This document shows positions 1-10,054 of a DNA stretch of 64,000 bases, piece by piece. A program made the translations under genes and the position numbers. Under the pieces are notes generated by a model. It ran no database searches and had not been told where the DNA came from. It was given only the letters and a program-made list of their open reading frames with translations. Numbering within the stretch: the stretch's first letter is position 1; every line of letters starts with the position of its first letter. Origin of the DNA: a bacterium (GTDB taxonomy: Bacteria; Patescibacteriota; Saccharimonadia; Saccharimonadales; JAUPVS01); the NCBI GenBank assembly GCA_029780855.1, contig JAKOXV010000003.1:20953-84952 (forward strand), read 5' to 3'.

Positions 1-132
1 CTAACCTTCCTTTCAAAGCTAGAGCAGAGCCGCCGCACCGCACAGGTAAAAACTATCACTATCCAGCCTTCACCACAGGATCGCAGTAAACTAACCTTTT
101 CAGTAGTATTAAACGTATATATAAAACCATGA
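1..132 (+). CDS. Partial CDS (3' end), probable PilO-like type IV pilus assembly protein
   Basis: Frame 1 is open from base 1 (LTFLSKLEQSRRTAQVKTITIQP...LTFSVVLNVYIKP*). Its TGA overlaps the next ATG (ATGA at 129-132). The 'FL..LE...R...V..I.I' pattern resembles a PilO C-terminus. Confidence 0.5.
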   Translation, partial: LTFLSKLEQSRRTAQVKTITIQPSPQDRSKLTFSVVLNVYIKP

Positions 133-428
133 AACAGCAACTATCAAACCTAAAAATTAAATTGAACCATTTTTTGGTACTTGCCAAGAAGTATCGGGCG
201 TTTATTTTTCTGATTCTCGTACTGGCAAGTTACGCATTTTTAATTCTTCGCATTAACCTTTTAACCCAAAGTGAACCCTCTGCAGTGTCAGTTAGCGACA
301 AGCAAAAAGTGATTCCGCGTTTAAAGATTGATCAAACAGCCGTTAATAAGATTTTGCAACTAGAAGACCAAAACGTGGAAGTAAAAGCTCTGTTTGAAAA
401 AGCCCGGAATAATCCATTTGCAGAATAG
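129..428 (+). CDS. Small single-TM protein, probably pilus-assembly associated
   Basis: 99 aa, one TM helix, ends in RNNPF (PilP-like R-x-PF motif); coupled to the upstream PilO-like gene. Confidence 0.55.
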   Translation: MKQQLSNLKIKLNHFLVLAKKYRAFIFLILVLASYAFLILRINLLTQSEPSAVSVSDKQKVIPRLKIDQTAVNKILQLEDQNVEVKALFEKARNNPFAE

Positions 429-1010
429 TTAGTTACCGTACTGGTGTATGTACTCTTCGTGCGCTGAAATTATAGCCTTGCTGGCTATGTAGGGGTTTGG
501 CGCAAAGGAAAAGATGTAGTTATCTTGCTCGCCGGAGGTTTCAATTACAATCGTTCCGTAATTGAAAAGACGGGGGAATATACCTACTTGCGTAACCGTC
601 ACATCCTGAATATCACCGATGTTTAGCTGGGATATTTTGCGGTTAAATAAGCTGGGATATAAAAACTGTGCAATTTTTTCTGAAGTAAGCAGCAGAACAT
701 TGTTTGTGTAAAGATAGGCTGCAATACCCGTTGCTATCAGACTAAACAGCACTAGCAAAAATCCCACCAAAACCAAAAGTGGCTTAACACTGGTTAGGTC
801 TACTCCAATGCCTAACGCGTCACCATTAGAATAGGCTACTGCCCCCATGGAAAGCGCTAATAGCACTAAACTAACGAACGATCCTCCAAAGTAGATTCCG
901 AACAAACCAAAGCGATGTTTACGGACTTCATACAGTAAGCTTTCTTTAGAATCAAATTCGATACATTCAAATAGTTTTTGGCCAACGGCCGATAGATTTT
1001 CTTTTTGCAT
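429..1010 (-). CDS. Membrane protein with bacterial PH (bPH_2-like) domain
   Basis: Two TM helices followed by 'IQDVTVTQVGIFPRLFNYGTIVIETSGE'; start placed at 1010 because TATAAT lies 7 nt upstream. Confidence 0.75.
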   Translation of the reverse strand: MQKENLSAVGQKLFECIEFDSKESLLYEVRKHRFGLFGIYFGGSFVSLVLLALSMGAVAYSNGDALGIGVDLTSVKPLLVLVGFLLVLFSLIATGIAAYLYTNNVLLLTSEKIAQFLYPSLFNRKISQLNIGDIQDVTVTQVGIFPRLFNYGTIVIETSGEQDNYIFSFAPNPYIASKAIISAHEEYIHQYGN

Positions 1011-1067
1011 CCTGACCATTATATCAGGGTATTTCTTTCCCTGTGGTATTTCTGTACAATAACGGTT

Positions 1068-1460
1068 ATGCTACATCGAAACAAGCAGGGATTTACCATG
1101 CTTGAACTCCTCATATCTATTGCGGTGATAGGGTTAGTCATTCCGGCACTATCACTTGGAGTAAAAAGTCTCATTGTCCTGAACAACCGAGCCCGTGATC
1201 TGGCGATATCTAATACAATTGCCGAAAATAAGACGGAAGAGCTCCGAAGTAGTGGCTTTAATAGCCTCACGCCAGGCACCTATTCATTCACCAATGAGCT
1301 ACCAACTGAGCTGTCAAACCCCAAATCGGCCAGCTACACCATTACCAATCCATCGGCTGGTATCATCAACATCACGATCAACATCAACTACTGGGACTAC
1401 TCACACACCCGTACACAGACCTATAAAACTATCGTATCTGAGCTTGGGGTTGGCCAATGA
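1068..1460 (+). CDS. Prepilin-type (class III signal) minor pilin, PilV-like
   Basis: KQG|FTMLELLISIAVIG N-methylation motif; start at 1068 has TACAAT 7 nt upstream. Confidence 0.85.
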   Translation: MLHRNKQGFTMLELLISIAVIGLVIPALSLGVKSLIVLNNRARDLAISNTIAENKTEELRSSGFNSLTPGTYSFTNELPTELSNPKSASYTITNPSAGIINITININYWDYSHTRTQTYKTIVSELGVGQ

Positions 1461-2119
1461 TATCCGTCAAACAGAGCAAAGGCTTTACGATTGTAGAATT
1501 GCTCTTAGCGGTGGCTATTTCCTCAATCATAGTAACCGTACTGTTATCGTTAACGCTCACCTACTTCAGCAGTGCTGTACGTAGCCAAACTACTGCGCAG
1601 TTACAGATAGAGTCCCACTATGTTCTCAGAAGTATCATCGAAGATATACGTCTTGCCGATGGCATTGCAAGCACCTCTGCGATAACCGACTCTAGTAAAC
1701 CGAGCGGATGGACAACCAGCAGTACTGGTAATGTGATTGTTATCGAATCCCCTACGGTGGACTCAAGCCATAATGTAATTTACGACCCTCTCACTGGGTA
1801 TCCCTACAAAAATGAGCTCATATACTACATGACGGGAAATCAGCTCTATAAAAGAACTCTCAAGAATACTGCCGCATCAGGCAATATCGCCGTAACCTCT
1901 TGCCCCCCAGCATCAAGTTCTTCCTCTTGCCCAGCCGACAAACACTACACTGATTACATCACCGACTTATCATATACCTATTACGACACCGACGATGCAG
2001 TAACAACTGACCCAACGCTTGCTCGATCAGTGAAAGTTGGCGTTACTATGGCGAGAAAATCCTTTGGAAAGACAGTTACATATAACGATTCAATCCAAGC
2101 AACATTAAGGAACTACTAA
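1457..2119 (+). CDS. Prepilin-type minor pilin, PilW-like
   Basis: SKG|FTIVELLLAVAI motif; C-terminal Cys pair; ATGA overlap with the previous gene. Confidence 0.85.
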   Translation: MISVKQSKGFTIVELLLAVAISSIIVTVLLSLTLTYFSSAVRSQTTAQLQIESHYVLRSIIEDIRLADGIASTSAITDSSKPSGWTTSSTGNVIVIESPTVDSSHNVIYDPLTGYPYKNELIYYMTGNQLYKRTLKNTAASGNIAVTSCPPASSSSSCPADKHYTDYITDLSYTYYDTDDAVTTDPTLARSVKVGVTMARKSFGKTVTYNDSIQATLRNY

Positions 2120-2120
2120 C

Positions 2121-3503
2121 ATGAAAAACTACAAGAATAACAGCAAGGGATTCGTACTACCGGTACTCATTTTTACCGTAACAATTATTATGATATTGAT
2201 TGCTACTGCTGCTAGCTTATCGCTAGCGAGCTACAGCCAGGCATCCCACGATACGTACCGCGTTGATGCACAACTCACCGCCGACGCCGGGATTGATGCC
2301 GCCATAAACTCACTGAACACCGATACCAGTTGGACAGGTACCACGGGCGAAGTAGAGTTAATGAATGCCAATAATATCAGAACAACCTACCAAACGTCGG
2401 TTCTTGCAGGTTCCTCATCCGATAGAAAAGTTATTGCTGTTACAAGCCGCAGTTACTCACCTGCAAATTCAACGACACCTAAACTTACCCGGAAATATGA
2501 AGTCGATATACAAGCAGTGACATCCGGTACAATGGGCCCGTCTTCAGTGGTAAGTGGTGTTGGGGGTCTCTATATGACCAACAACTCCAAGATTACCGGT
2601 GGAGACGTTGTCGTAAACGGTACCGTATACATGTCAAACCAGTCCCAGATCGGCACACAGAGCAATGCGGTAAATGTCCGTGTGGCTGATCAGAACTGTC
2701 CCCAACCGCCAGACAGCACATTCCCCCAGGTATGTACGGGAGGTAGCCAGCCAATTACTATGAATAACAACTCTAAAATCTACGGCCAGGTCTATGCTAA
2801 CAATCAAACAACCGGGACAAACATGTATAATCCTGGCCTGGTTGTAGGACAGACCGTTACGCCCTTCACCTTACCAGCATTCGATCGATCCAGCTTTACG
2901 GTAACTAAAACGGTCAGCTCAAACGACCCCTCAGTAACTTGTGGGAATAACGGTAACCTTACCTGGCAGGCAGGGCTCAAAATAACCGGCAACGTGAATC
3001 TTGGTAACAACTGCAAGGTAACAATCAACGGCGACGTCTGGATTACCGGCACCCTTACCACAGGAAACAATGGGCGAATTGTTGTAGCCGACGGCGTGGG
3101 CACCACTCGACCACTTATCATGGTAGACGGTAGTTCCGGCTTTACGTTAGCGAATAATGGCACCATTCAACCTAACGCCAGCGGAACTGGTATAGAAATG
3201 CGTACGTTCTGGAGCACTGCCACTTGTTCGCCAGACTGTTCTAATGTGACCGGTGTTGACCTTGCAAATAGCAAAGGTCATACCACCATCAACCTCGGCA
3301 ACAACGGAAATGCACCGAACAGCGTATTCATTGCCCAATGGTCGCAAGTATACATTTCCAACAACGGCCAACTCGGAGCTGTCGCCGGCCAAACGATCTA
3401 CATGAGCAACCAGGCCATTATTAACTTTACTGCGTCTGTTCCCGGCAGTGACAACCTCACCCAAACATGGGTAAAGCGCGGCTACATGCGCGTATTTAAC
3501 TAG
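2121..3503 (+). CDS. PilX-like minor pilin with large Asn-rich repetitive C-terminal domain
   Basis: [11 protein letters not shown] without Glu5, '[10 protein letters not shown]' PilX motif, about 10 x-x-N-N-x-x-hydrophobic repeats. Confidence 0.75.
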   Translation: MKNYKNNSKGFVLPVLIFTVTIIMILIATAASLSLASYSQASHDTYRVDAQLTADAGIDAAINSLNTDTSWTGTTGEVELMNANNIRTTYQTSVLAGSSSDRKVIAVTSRSYSPANSTTPKLTRKYEVDIQAVTSGTMGPSSVVSGVGGLYMTNNSKITGGDVVVNGTVYMSNQSQIGTQSNAVNVRVADQNCPQPPDSTFPQVCTGGSQPITMNNNSKIYGQVYANNQTTGTNMYNPGLVVGQTVTPFTLPAFDRSSFTVTKTVSSNDPSVTCGNNGNLTWQAGLKITGNVNLGNNCKVTINGDVWITGTLTTGNNGRIVVADGVGTTRPLIMVDGSSGFTLANNGTIQPNASGTGIEMRTFWSTATCSPDCSNVTGVDLANSKGHTTINLGNNGNAPNSVFIAQWSQVYISNNGQLGAVAGQTIYMSNQAIINFTASVPGSDNLTQTWVKRGYMRVFN

Positions 3504-4531
3504 ACTAGTTCAGTCTGAGAATCTTCAACTGCTGGTGATTTTCGCTTCAGATGCGTATACGCTTTCGGTGTGACCCTACGGCCCCGGGGCGTTCGTTCCA
3601 GCAACCCAACCTGCATGAGGTATGGTTCATAAAAATCTTCAATGGTACTGCGTTCCTCTGCCGTCAACGCCGCTAAGGTTTCTACACCAACTGGTCCGCC
3701 TTTATAGTTTTCAATGATTGCGTTCAGTAGCATTCGATCACCCGGATCAAGTCCCAGATCATCAATCTCTAGAAGCGCAAGAGCTTGGTGACTAATAGTT
3801 GTATCAATGATTCCGTCGCCGTTTACATCGGCGTAGTCACGTACGCGCTTGAGTAAACGGTTGGCGATACGTGGCGTCAACCGGGCGCGCTTAGCTAGTT
3901 CTGCAGCAGCTTTTTGGTCAATTTTTATTTTCAATATTTTTGCTGCACGCTCAACAATTTTTGCAACCTCACTAGGAGAATAAAATTCGAGCCGATGCAT
4001 CATACCAAACCGGTCACGAAGCGGTGCCGCGAGTGATCCCGTACGGGTTGTGGCCCCGATGATAGTGAACTTAGGAAGATCAAGCCGCATACTACGCGCA
4101 CTAGGACCTTTGCCAAGCATAATATCGAGCTTGTAGTCTTCCATAGCGCTATATAAAACTTCCTCTACCGTCCTATGTAAGCGGTGGATTTCATCAATAA
4201 ATAAGATATCACCGTCCTGGAGGTTAGTTAATAAACTTGCCAAGTCACCGGCGCGCTCAATCGCCGGGCCAGAAGTAATCCTGATATTGGCGCCCATCTC
4301 GTGCGCTATTACACTGGCCATGGTTGTTTTTCCCAAACCGGGAGGTCCATAAAGTAGAATGTGATCAAGTGGTTCGCCGCGTTTTTTTGCAGCCGTTATC
4401 GCCAATTGCAAATTCTGCTTTAGGCGCTCCTGTCCAATATAGTTAGAAAAGTCCTTTGGTCTGAGTGTAATTTCAAGCTCAATCTCTGCAGGATCGTCAT
4501 TACTGGTAGTTACAATTCTTTCGATAGCCAT
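3500..4531 (-). CDS. ruvB: Holliday junction branch migration helicase RuvB
   Basis: [37 protein letters not shown] motifs. Confidence 0.99.
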   Translation of the reverse strand: MAIERIVTTSNDDPAEIELEITLRPKDFSNYIGQERLKQNLQLAITAAKKRGEPLDHILLYGPPGLGKTTMASVIAHEMGANIRITSGPAIERAGDLASLLTNLQDGDILFIDEIHRLHRTVEEVLYSAMEDYKLDIMLGKGPSARSMRLDLPKFTIIGATTRTGSLAAPLRDRFGMMHRLEFYSPSEVAKIVERAAKILKIKIDQKAAAELAKRARLTPRIANRLLKRVRDYADVNGDGIIDTTISHQALALLEIDDLGLDPGDRMLLNAIIENYKGGPVGVETLAALTAEERSTIEDFYEPYLMQVGLLERTPRGRRVTPKAYTHLKRKSPAVEDSQTELV

Positions 4532-4534
4532 CGC

Positions 4535-5119
4535 TTATGCTCCTGCCTTTAGGGCCAGTCGAACCCGCTCTTCTATTGGCTTGTCTTTATCAATTTTTGA
4601 AAGCACTGATGCCGCATCTTGTGGAGTAAATCCAAGCGACACAAGCGCCTCTACTGCTTCGTCCTTAATGAGTAATCCTTCAGCCGTCAGCATACCCGTA
4701 GTCCCAAGATCTACGCCGTCTAAACCAACCGTGTCTTTAAGCTCAACTATTACTCTCTCCGCAACGCGCTTACCAACCCCACCAGCCCGCTGAATGAATT
4801 TAGTGTCACCACCAGCAATTGCCACTCTTACATCACTCGTAGACCCCACGCTAAGAATACTGAGCGCCATTTTTGGGCCCACTCCATTTACATTCAAAAG
4901 TTGCTCAAAAAGATTTTTTGCGTCTAAATTGCAAAAACCAAAAAGGTCGTGACTGCTCTCACGGATATGTTCATGGATGTACACTTTTGTGCGTTCACCT
5001 ACCTGCAATGAACCGTAATCTTCAGCAGAAACTAGTACGCCATAGCCCACGCCCCTCACATCAAGAACAATGGTTTCCCCAAGTTTCTCACCTACTATAC
5101 CCTCAAGTGTTGCAATCAT
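4535..5119 (-). CDS. ruvA: Holliday junction branch migration protein RuvA
   Basis: MIATLEG...GVGYGV, HhH 'VNGVGPKMAL', 'EALVSLGF'. Confidence 0.98.
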   Translation of the reverse strand: MIATLEGIVGEKLGETIVLDVRGVGYGVLVSAEDYGSLQVGERTKVYIHEHIRESSHDLFGFCNLDAKNLFEQLLNVNGVGPKMALSILSVGSTSDVRVAIAGGDTKFIQRAGGVGKRVAERVIVELKDTVGLDGVDLGTTGMLTAEGLLIKDEAVEALVSLGFTPQDAASVLSKIDKDKPIEERVRLALKAGA

Positions 5120-5146
5120 CCACTTTATTATACGTTAATCGACTCT

Positions 5147-5626
5147 TTAGGCGAAGTTTGCGCTCATGCTATGACAGATAGCCGCAGCCAGTGCATCAGC
5201 GGCATCATCCGGTTTTGGAACTTCCTCGAGTTTCAGAATAATCCTTACCATTTCCTGCATCTGTTTTTTATCGGCTTTTCCATACCCGGTAATCGCCTGT
5301 TTTATCTGCATTGGTGTGTATTCGAATAACGAGAGTTTGTGTTGCTTACCGCATAGTAGTACCACACCCCTAGCCTGCGCCACGCTCATGGCGGTGGTAA
5401 CATTACGGGCAAAAAACAGCTTTTCCACCGACATTACCTCCGGCTTGTGTTCAGAAATAATTTCATGCAATTCGTCATATATCGTGTTAAGCCGGTCACT
5501 ATCAGCCTGTTTTACCGGCGTGCGTATTACCCCAGCATCGACTAGTGCGACTTGTCCACGAGCATCAGTATCAATCAAACCAAAACCAAGAATGCCAGTG
5601 CCCGGGTCAATGCCAAGAATCCTCAT
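5147..5626 (-). CDS. ruvC: Crossover junction endodeoxyribonuclease RuvC
   Basis: MRILGIDPG, VEKLFF, GYGKADKKQ, PDDAADALAAA. Confidence 0.99.
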   Translation of the reverse strand: MRILGIDPGTGILGFGLIDTDARGQVALVDAGVIRTPVKQADSDRLNTIYDELHEIISEHKPEVMSVEKLFFARNVTTAMSVAQARGVVLLCGKQHKLSLFEYTPMQIKQAITGYGKADKKQMQEMVRIILKLEEVPKPDDAADALAAAICHSMSANFA

Positions 5627-5652
5627 ACCTCAAGCGTAGCACACGCTACACA

Positions 5653-7248
5653 TTACTTCTTGAGTTTTCCGTTCTTAGATACTACCCGATGATAAAAATT
5701 AGCTAGATCATACCGATATTCATAGGCCGCATAGACTCCGGCCAAACCGAGCACGAACAGTAATACGGGCAGGTTCTGGGATGATTTTTGTATAGTTTTC
5801 GCAGCATTTCCGTTCGCTGAAGCAGTACTTATTAAAGTAGAGCTTTTACGACAGCGATTAGTTTCGGCATTTCGTTCCTGACCAGCAGGACAGTCCTTTA
5901 AGATACTCTCAGCAAGCACCGATGTTTTTCGGCAACGATTGGTGTCTGGATTACGCTCATATCCTTCTTTGCATGGCGTTAATGCAGTGGTCGAACTACC
6001 AATGTTCCGACAACGATTCGTCTGTAGATTGCGTTCTTGACCAGCACTACAGGCTACGAGTGAATCTGATTGTGTCTCTATATTTTTACATCGGTTAGTT
6101 TCTGGGCTTCGATACTTTCCGGCAGGACAGTCAGCATATTCAGTTTCCGCCTGCGTGACAGGTGCGGGATCCGGTGGAACATAAATGCTGTTAGGAGCGT
6201 TTGGGGTTGGTTCGTATGTAATTTGCCAAGTGCCTCCAAACATAGCCCACGCCTGTTCATCATCCGCACTTGGATACTGAATCTGCGTATCAGTTGAAGA
6301 TGTTGAGAATGTAATTTCATCACCACCGTTAACTAACTGTAATCCGGGCACATCGTGTGAGGTAAGTGCGCGGTACTCCCCGGGCTTCAAAACAATCGAA
6401 CCCGGTAGAGCAATTGTTTTGGATCCGTGTGAAATTACCACACTACATCCTTCAAGTGCTTGAGCTTTATCGCCAGAATTAAACAATTCTACATATTCGA
6501 TACCGCTATCACTTCCGAGTGGATTAGGTAACACTTCACTTAACTGAATATCTTGGCATGTATATGTTGTTTGAGGAGCAGCAGATCCTGATGTTTCCTC
6601 ACTTGGAGGGCTTGTATCGTTGGTTGTCGTTTCTCCAGAGCCAACGGATGTACAGGGCAAATTTTTTGGTGCACTGACCGTATTGATAAAAAAGTCCTTC
6701 TCGTTATTATCAGTGTCTCTCGGAAAACCATCTTCCTGAACGCAGCGGCGCAAAGATTCACCGTCCTTGGGAACTTTGGTCTGAGCAGCCTCATAACAAA
6801 CTGCTGGTTTAGAGTCGGTTCCCCAGCCTACCGTGTCCTGAATTATCCTTTCTTCTGTTTCGCTGCCCAGGCCAACAAGCCATACCGTTCCGCCTATATC
6901 ATCGTTCATTGAAATACTAACTAGTTTTCTGGCTTGAGACGCCACCGATCCTTCTAATGTGATCGTATTGGTACCAGAACCAAACACTGGGTTAATACAA
7001 TCTTCCGACACCCCTTGCTTATCATAAATAAGTTGCCAACCCGATACTGTAACCGCGATTGTATTAGGATTAAATAACTCAACAAACTCTTGGCTTTCAT
7101 CTGCTACGGTATTTCTTCCGTCTGTTTTTACTTCACTGATAATTAACGGTTGCTGACCAGTTGTTTCAGTAGCCGCATTTGCTACTGCGGGAAAGCTAGG
7201 AAACAATAATACAGCTAGCATTAAGCTGCTTATCAGCTTTTTTAGCAT
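5653..7248 (-). CDS. Surface protein with two lamin-tail (LTD) domains, four two-cysteine repeats and a C-terminal TM anchor
   Basis: Signal peptide; 'LIISEV...EFVELFNP' and 'LSEVLPNP...EYVELFN'; four C-x-x-G-x-x-R-x-x-x-T-N-R-C repeats; TM helix followed by a basic tail. Confidence 0.85.
   Translation of the reverse strand: MLKKLISSLMLAVLLFPSFPAVANAATETTGQQPLIISEVKTDGRNTVADESQEFVELFNPNTIAVTVSGWQLIYDKQGVSEDCINPVFGSGTNTITLEGSVASQARKLVSISMNDDIGGTVWLVGLGSETEERIIQDTVGWGTDSKPAVCYEAAQTKVPKDGESLRRCVQEDGFPRDTDNNEKDFFINTVSAPKNLPCTSVGSGETTTNDTSPPSEETSGSAAPQTTYTCQDIQLSEVLPNPLGSDSGIEYVELFNSGDKAQALEGCSVVISHGSKTIALPGSIVLKPGEYRALTSHDVPGLQLVNGGDEITFSTSSTDTQIQYPSADDEQAWAMFGGTWQITYEPTPNAPNSIYVPPDPAPVTQAETEYADCPAGKYRSPETNRCKNIETQSDSLVACSAGQERNLQTNRCRNIGSSTTALTPCKEGYERNPDTNRCRKTSVLAESILKDCPAGQERNAETNRCRKSSTLISTASANGNAAKTIQKSSQNLPVLLFVLGLAGVYAAYEYRYDLANFYHRVVSKNGKLKK
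5851..6129 (-). repeat. Four intragenic two-cysteine repeats
   Basis: CPAGKYRSPETNRC, CSAGQERNLQTNRC, CKEGYERNPDTNRC, CPAGQERNAETNRC. Confidence 0.9.
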
Positions 7249-7295
7249 AAGCTCATAATAAGCAATTTGTTGTAAAAAACAAAATGATACGAAAT

Positions 7296-8024
7296 TTATA
7301 CTTCTATAGAATCGGCGAACTCAAAGTTGACATGAGTGTTGGTTACGTCGTCGAGTTCATCGAGGGCATCCATCAGGCGCATTATCTTACCGGCCGTCGC
7401 TTCATCAGTGATTTCAATGGTATTGTTGGGCACAAAGGTAAGTTCTGCTTCAGTTATTTCAATTCCCGATTCTTTGAGACTATCACGCACCTTAGCAAGT
7501 TCTTTTGCGTCAGTATAAATAACTGATTCGTTATCTTCTTCTTGCACATCTTCGGCGCCAGCTTCAATAGCAGCGAGCATCAAATCATCTCCAGTTTGCT
7601 TTACACGGATCATTCCTTTTTGATCAAACTGGAAAGCAACCGCACCTTTTTCCGCAATGTTTCCCCCATGTTTGCTAAACGCAAGACGTACTTCGGGATA
7701 GGTACGGTTAAGATTATCTGTAGCACACTCAACGATTATTGCGACACCTCCAGGCCCATAGCCTTCATAGAGTACTTCCTGGATTTGATCACCGCCCAGT
7801 TTACCACTTCCACGATCAATGGAACGCTGAATGTTTGTCATTGGCATATTTGAAGCTTTAGCCTTATCAATAGCCAATCGAAGCGCAAAATTCATATCGG
7901 GGTCATCCCCGGCACGAGCAGCAATAGCAATAGCATTACCTAATTTAGTAAACAACGCGCCACGGGCGGCATCCTTTGCGCCCTTTTGACGTTTAATAGT
8001 TGACCACTTACTATGACCTGACAT
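7296..8024 (-). CDS. yebC: YebC/PmpR family protein
   Basis: MSGHSKWSTIKRQK, YEGYGPGG, TDNLNRT. Confidence 0.97.
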   Translation of the reverse strand: MSGHSKWSTIKRQKGAKDAARGALFTKLGNAIAIAARAGDDPDMNFALRLAIDKAKASNMPMTNIQRSIDRGSGKLGGDQIQEVLYEGYGPGGVAIIVECATDNLNRTYPEVRLAFSKHGGNIAEKGAVAFQFDQKGMIRVKQTGDDLMLAAIEAGAEDVQEEDNESVIYTDAKELAKVRDSLKESGIEITEAELTFVPNNTIEITDEATAGKIMRLMDALDELDDVTNTHVNFEFADSIEV

Positions 8025-9477
8025 CAAAACTCCTTATTCTATCTGTTACTGTAACATTTTTGCGTACAAATTTAAACCAGAGACCGCTTACAGCAAAGGC
8101 TATAATTGCATACAAAGCCAAGGCATACCTTAGATCAATTGACTGATTAGCTAAAGCGTGCGGAATTTTACTAAGCAATGCCGTAATATCAAGCATGTAG
8201 GTAAGCAATAGCCTCGCCGGCCAAGCAAACCAGCCGCTTAACATAGGCACTACAATGCCCGCAATGCCCGCAATTAAAGTCAGTAGCATTGCAATAGGCA
8301 CCATAGGAACCACCAGGACATTAGCAAACAAACCAATTAATGATATACGGCCAAAAATAAACATAATTATTGGAATAGTCATCAGCTGTGCTGCCAAGGT
8401 TTCCGCTAGAACCAACAATAGTAGCTTTGGTTCATTGCGGCGGGAAAGCATAGCGACAAGCACGGGAGCAATCACCAATACTCCAAAAAATGCAAGGAAC
8501 GATAAGTACCATCCGATATCGGACCAGAGATAAAACGGGTTCCATATCGCAGTTATGGCAGCGGCCATAAGTATTAGCAAGACGGGGCGGAACGCACGTC
8601 CGTAGTACCATGCCACAAGACTGAGCGAACTTACTATTGCCGCTCGTACGATCGATGCACTAAATCCGGTCAACAGGACAAAGCCAACAATAAGCCCAAA
8701 AGAAATTGCCGTACCTTGATATTTAGATTTTTTGCCTAGAAGTCGCCGCGAAACTTCAATAATTATGGTCAGATTATACCCCGATACTGCCACTAAATGA
8801 GTAAGTCCGGTCATTGAAAGTTGCTCGTTGGTTTCTTTTGGTAGCGTTGACCGCTGACCGATAAGGAGTCCAGCCCCAAATGAGGCTTGGGGTTCTGGTA
8901 ACGTTGATTCGAGGGCTGCAATAAATCGCCTGCGCAACGAGTCAATTGGCGAAGCACTACGCGAAATTACCGTAATCTGTGCATAGCTAACACGAGCTTG
9001 CGCTGAGCCTTTTGTAGAAGATAGTTTTCCAACTATTTTCAACGTATCGCCCTTATACACCATATTTTCACCAAATCCCGATAGTGAAACTTTGCCAACA
9101 AGATCGACCCGGTATGGCTGCTGTACTTGGACGTGCTGAACGTCAAAGCTAAGCTGTGAATTATAGCCGTATACCGCGTCACTGCTAGCAACCGCCGTAA
9201 AAGTAATTTGTTTTTTATACAGACTCTTATACGTGTTCTCGTGATGTACATAAGTACCCCCTCGCTGCATTCCAATAAGTAACCCTGCAAGCAATAGTGC
9301 TGCCAACACTACTATGTTCCGTTTGCGAAAAAGCAGCAAAGTCCACGCACTCATTAGTACGGTAAACCATAGGTTCTCAAAATGGACCCAGCGCGCTATT
9401 CCCACTCCTGCAAGTATGCCGATACAGAAAAATATCCACAGAGTAGTGGTCTTATACCTGTGATTTTTCTGAAACAT
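8011..9477 (-). CDS. comEC: ComEC/Rec2 competence DNA-uptake channel without the C-terminal metallo-beta-lactamase domain
   Basis: GLTHLVAVSGYN, SIVRAAI, WNP, GWYLSF, NVLVVP; only 488 aa. Confidence 0.93.
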   Translation of the reverse strand: MFQKNHRYKTTTLWIFFCIGILAGVGIARWVHFENLWFTVLMSAWTLLLFRKRNIVVLAALLLAGLLIGMQRGGTYVHHENTYKSLYKKQITFTAVASSDAVYGYNSQLSFDVQHVQVQQPYRVDLVGKVSLSGFGENMVYKGDTLKIVGKLSSTKGSAQARVSYAQITVISRSASPIDSLRRRFIAALESTLPEPQASFGAGLLIGQRSTLPKETNEQLSMTGLTHLVAVSGYNLTIIIEVSRRLLGKKSKYQGTAISFGLIVGFVLLTGFSASIVRAAIVSSLSLVAWYYGRAFRPVLLILMAAAITAIWNPFYLWSDIGWYLSFLAFFGVLVIAPVLVAMLSRRNEPKLLLLVLAETLAAQLMTIPIIMFIFGRISLIGLFANVLVVPMVPIAMLLTLIAGIAGIVVPMLSGWFAWPARLLLTYMLDITALLSKIPHALANQSIDLRYALALYAIIAFAVSGLWFKFVRKNVTVTDRIRSFDVRS

Positions 9478-9553
9478 ACCTCTTACTTTACAGTAGAGTG
9501 AATAATTTGCTCATGCTTGTGCTCGGCTAGTTGATTGCCTATGATTAGGGTCT

Positions 9554-10054
9554 ATGGATATGCCCTTTAGTGTTGAGAGCAATGAATACCTAGATCATTT
9601 GCGCTACTTCCGAGATACTGCGCTGATTGAATCTTGCTGGATTGGTACGAGAAAAAAGCTCGGTGCCCTGTCTTTTGGCACCGCCAAAGCGGAATGACGC
9701 ACAGAAGATGACGGCGTCGCTTTTTTAACCGATCAAGGTCTACGGATTTGTAGTGTGACCCTAAATAAACTGTACCCCACCACACTCCGAATTTTTAATG
9801 GTGACTGGGAAAATGGTTTTGCGGTTACGTCATACAGGATGGACCTAGACGAAAATGGTATCATCTGCATCAACCACGGCATGATCATACAGGGCACGGT
9901 ACGTGAATTGCTTCGCATGGATTTTATGTCAAAAGCCGAAAGCCGTTACGGCTTGGACTTCCCTACAAGAGAAGATCGTGAATACCTTTATGAAGAGATG
10001 CGCCGCGGCGCAACGGGGCTATATACTACTGAGATTTCTGAACTTGAAGAATAG
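9554..10054 (+). pseudogene. Hypothetical gene interrupted by one in-frame TGA at 9695-9697
   Basis: ATG 9554 is in frame with ORF 9755..10054; the only stop between them is TGA at codon 48. Confidence 0.55.

Noticed and set aside
9695..9697. UGA recoding (genetic code 25 or selenocysteine)
   Set aside because: TGA ends normal genes here (e.g. 1460, 25804), long genes have no internal TGA, and no convincing SECIS lies 3' of the codon.
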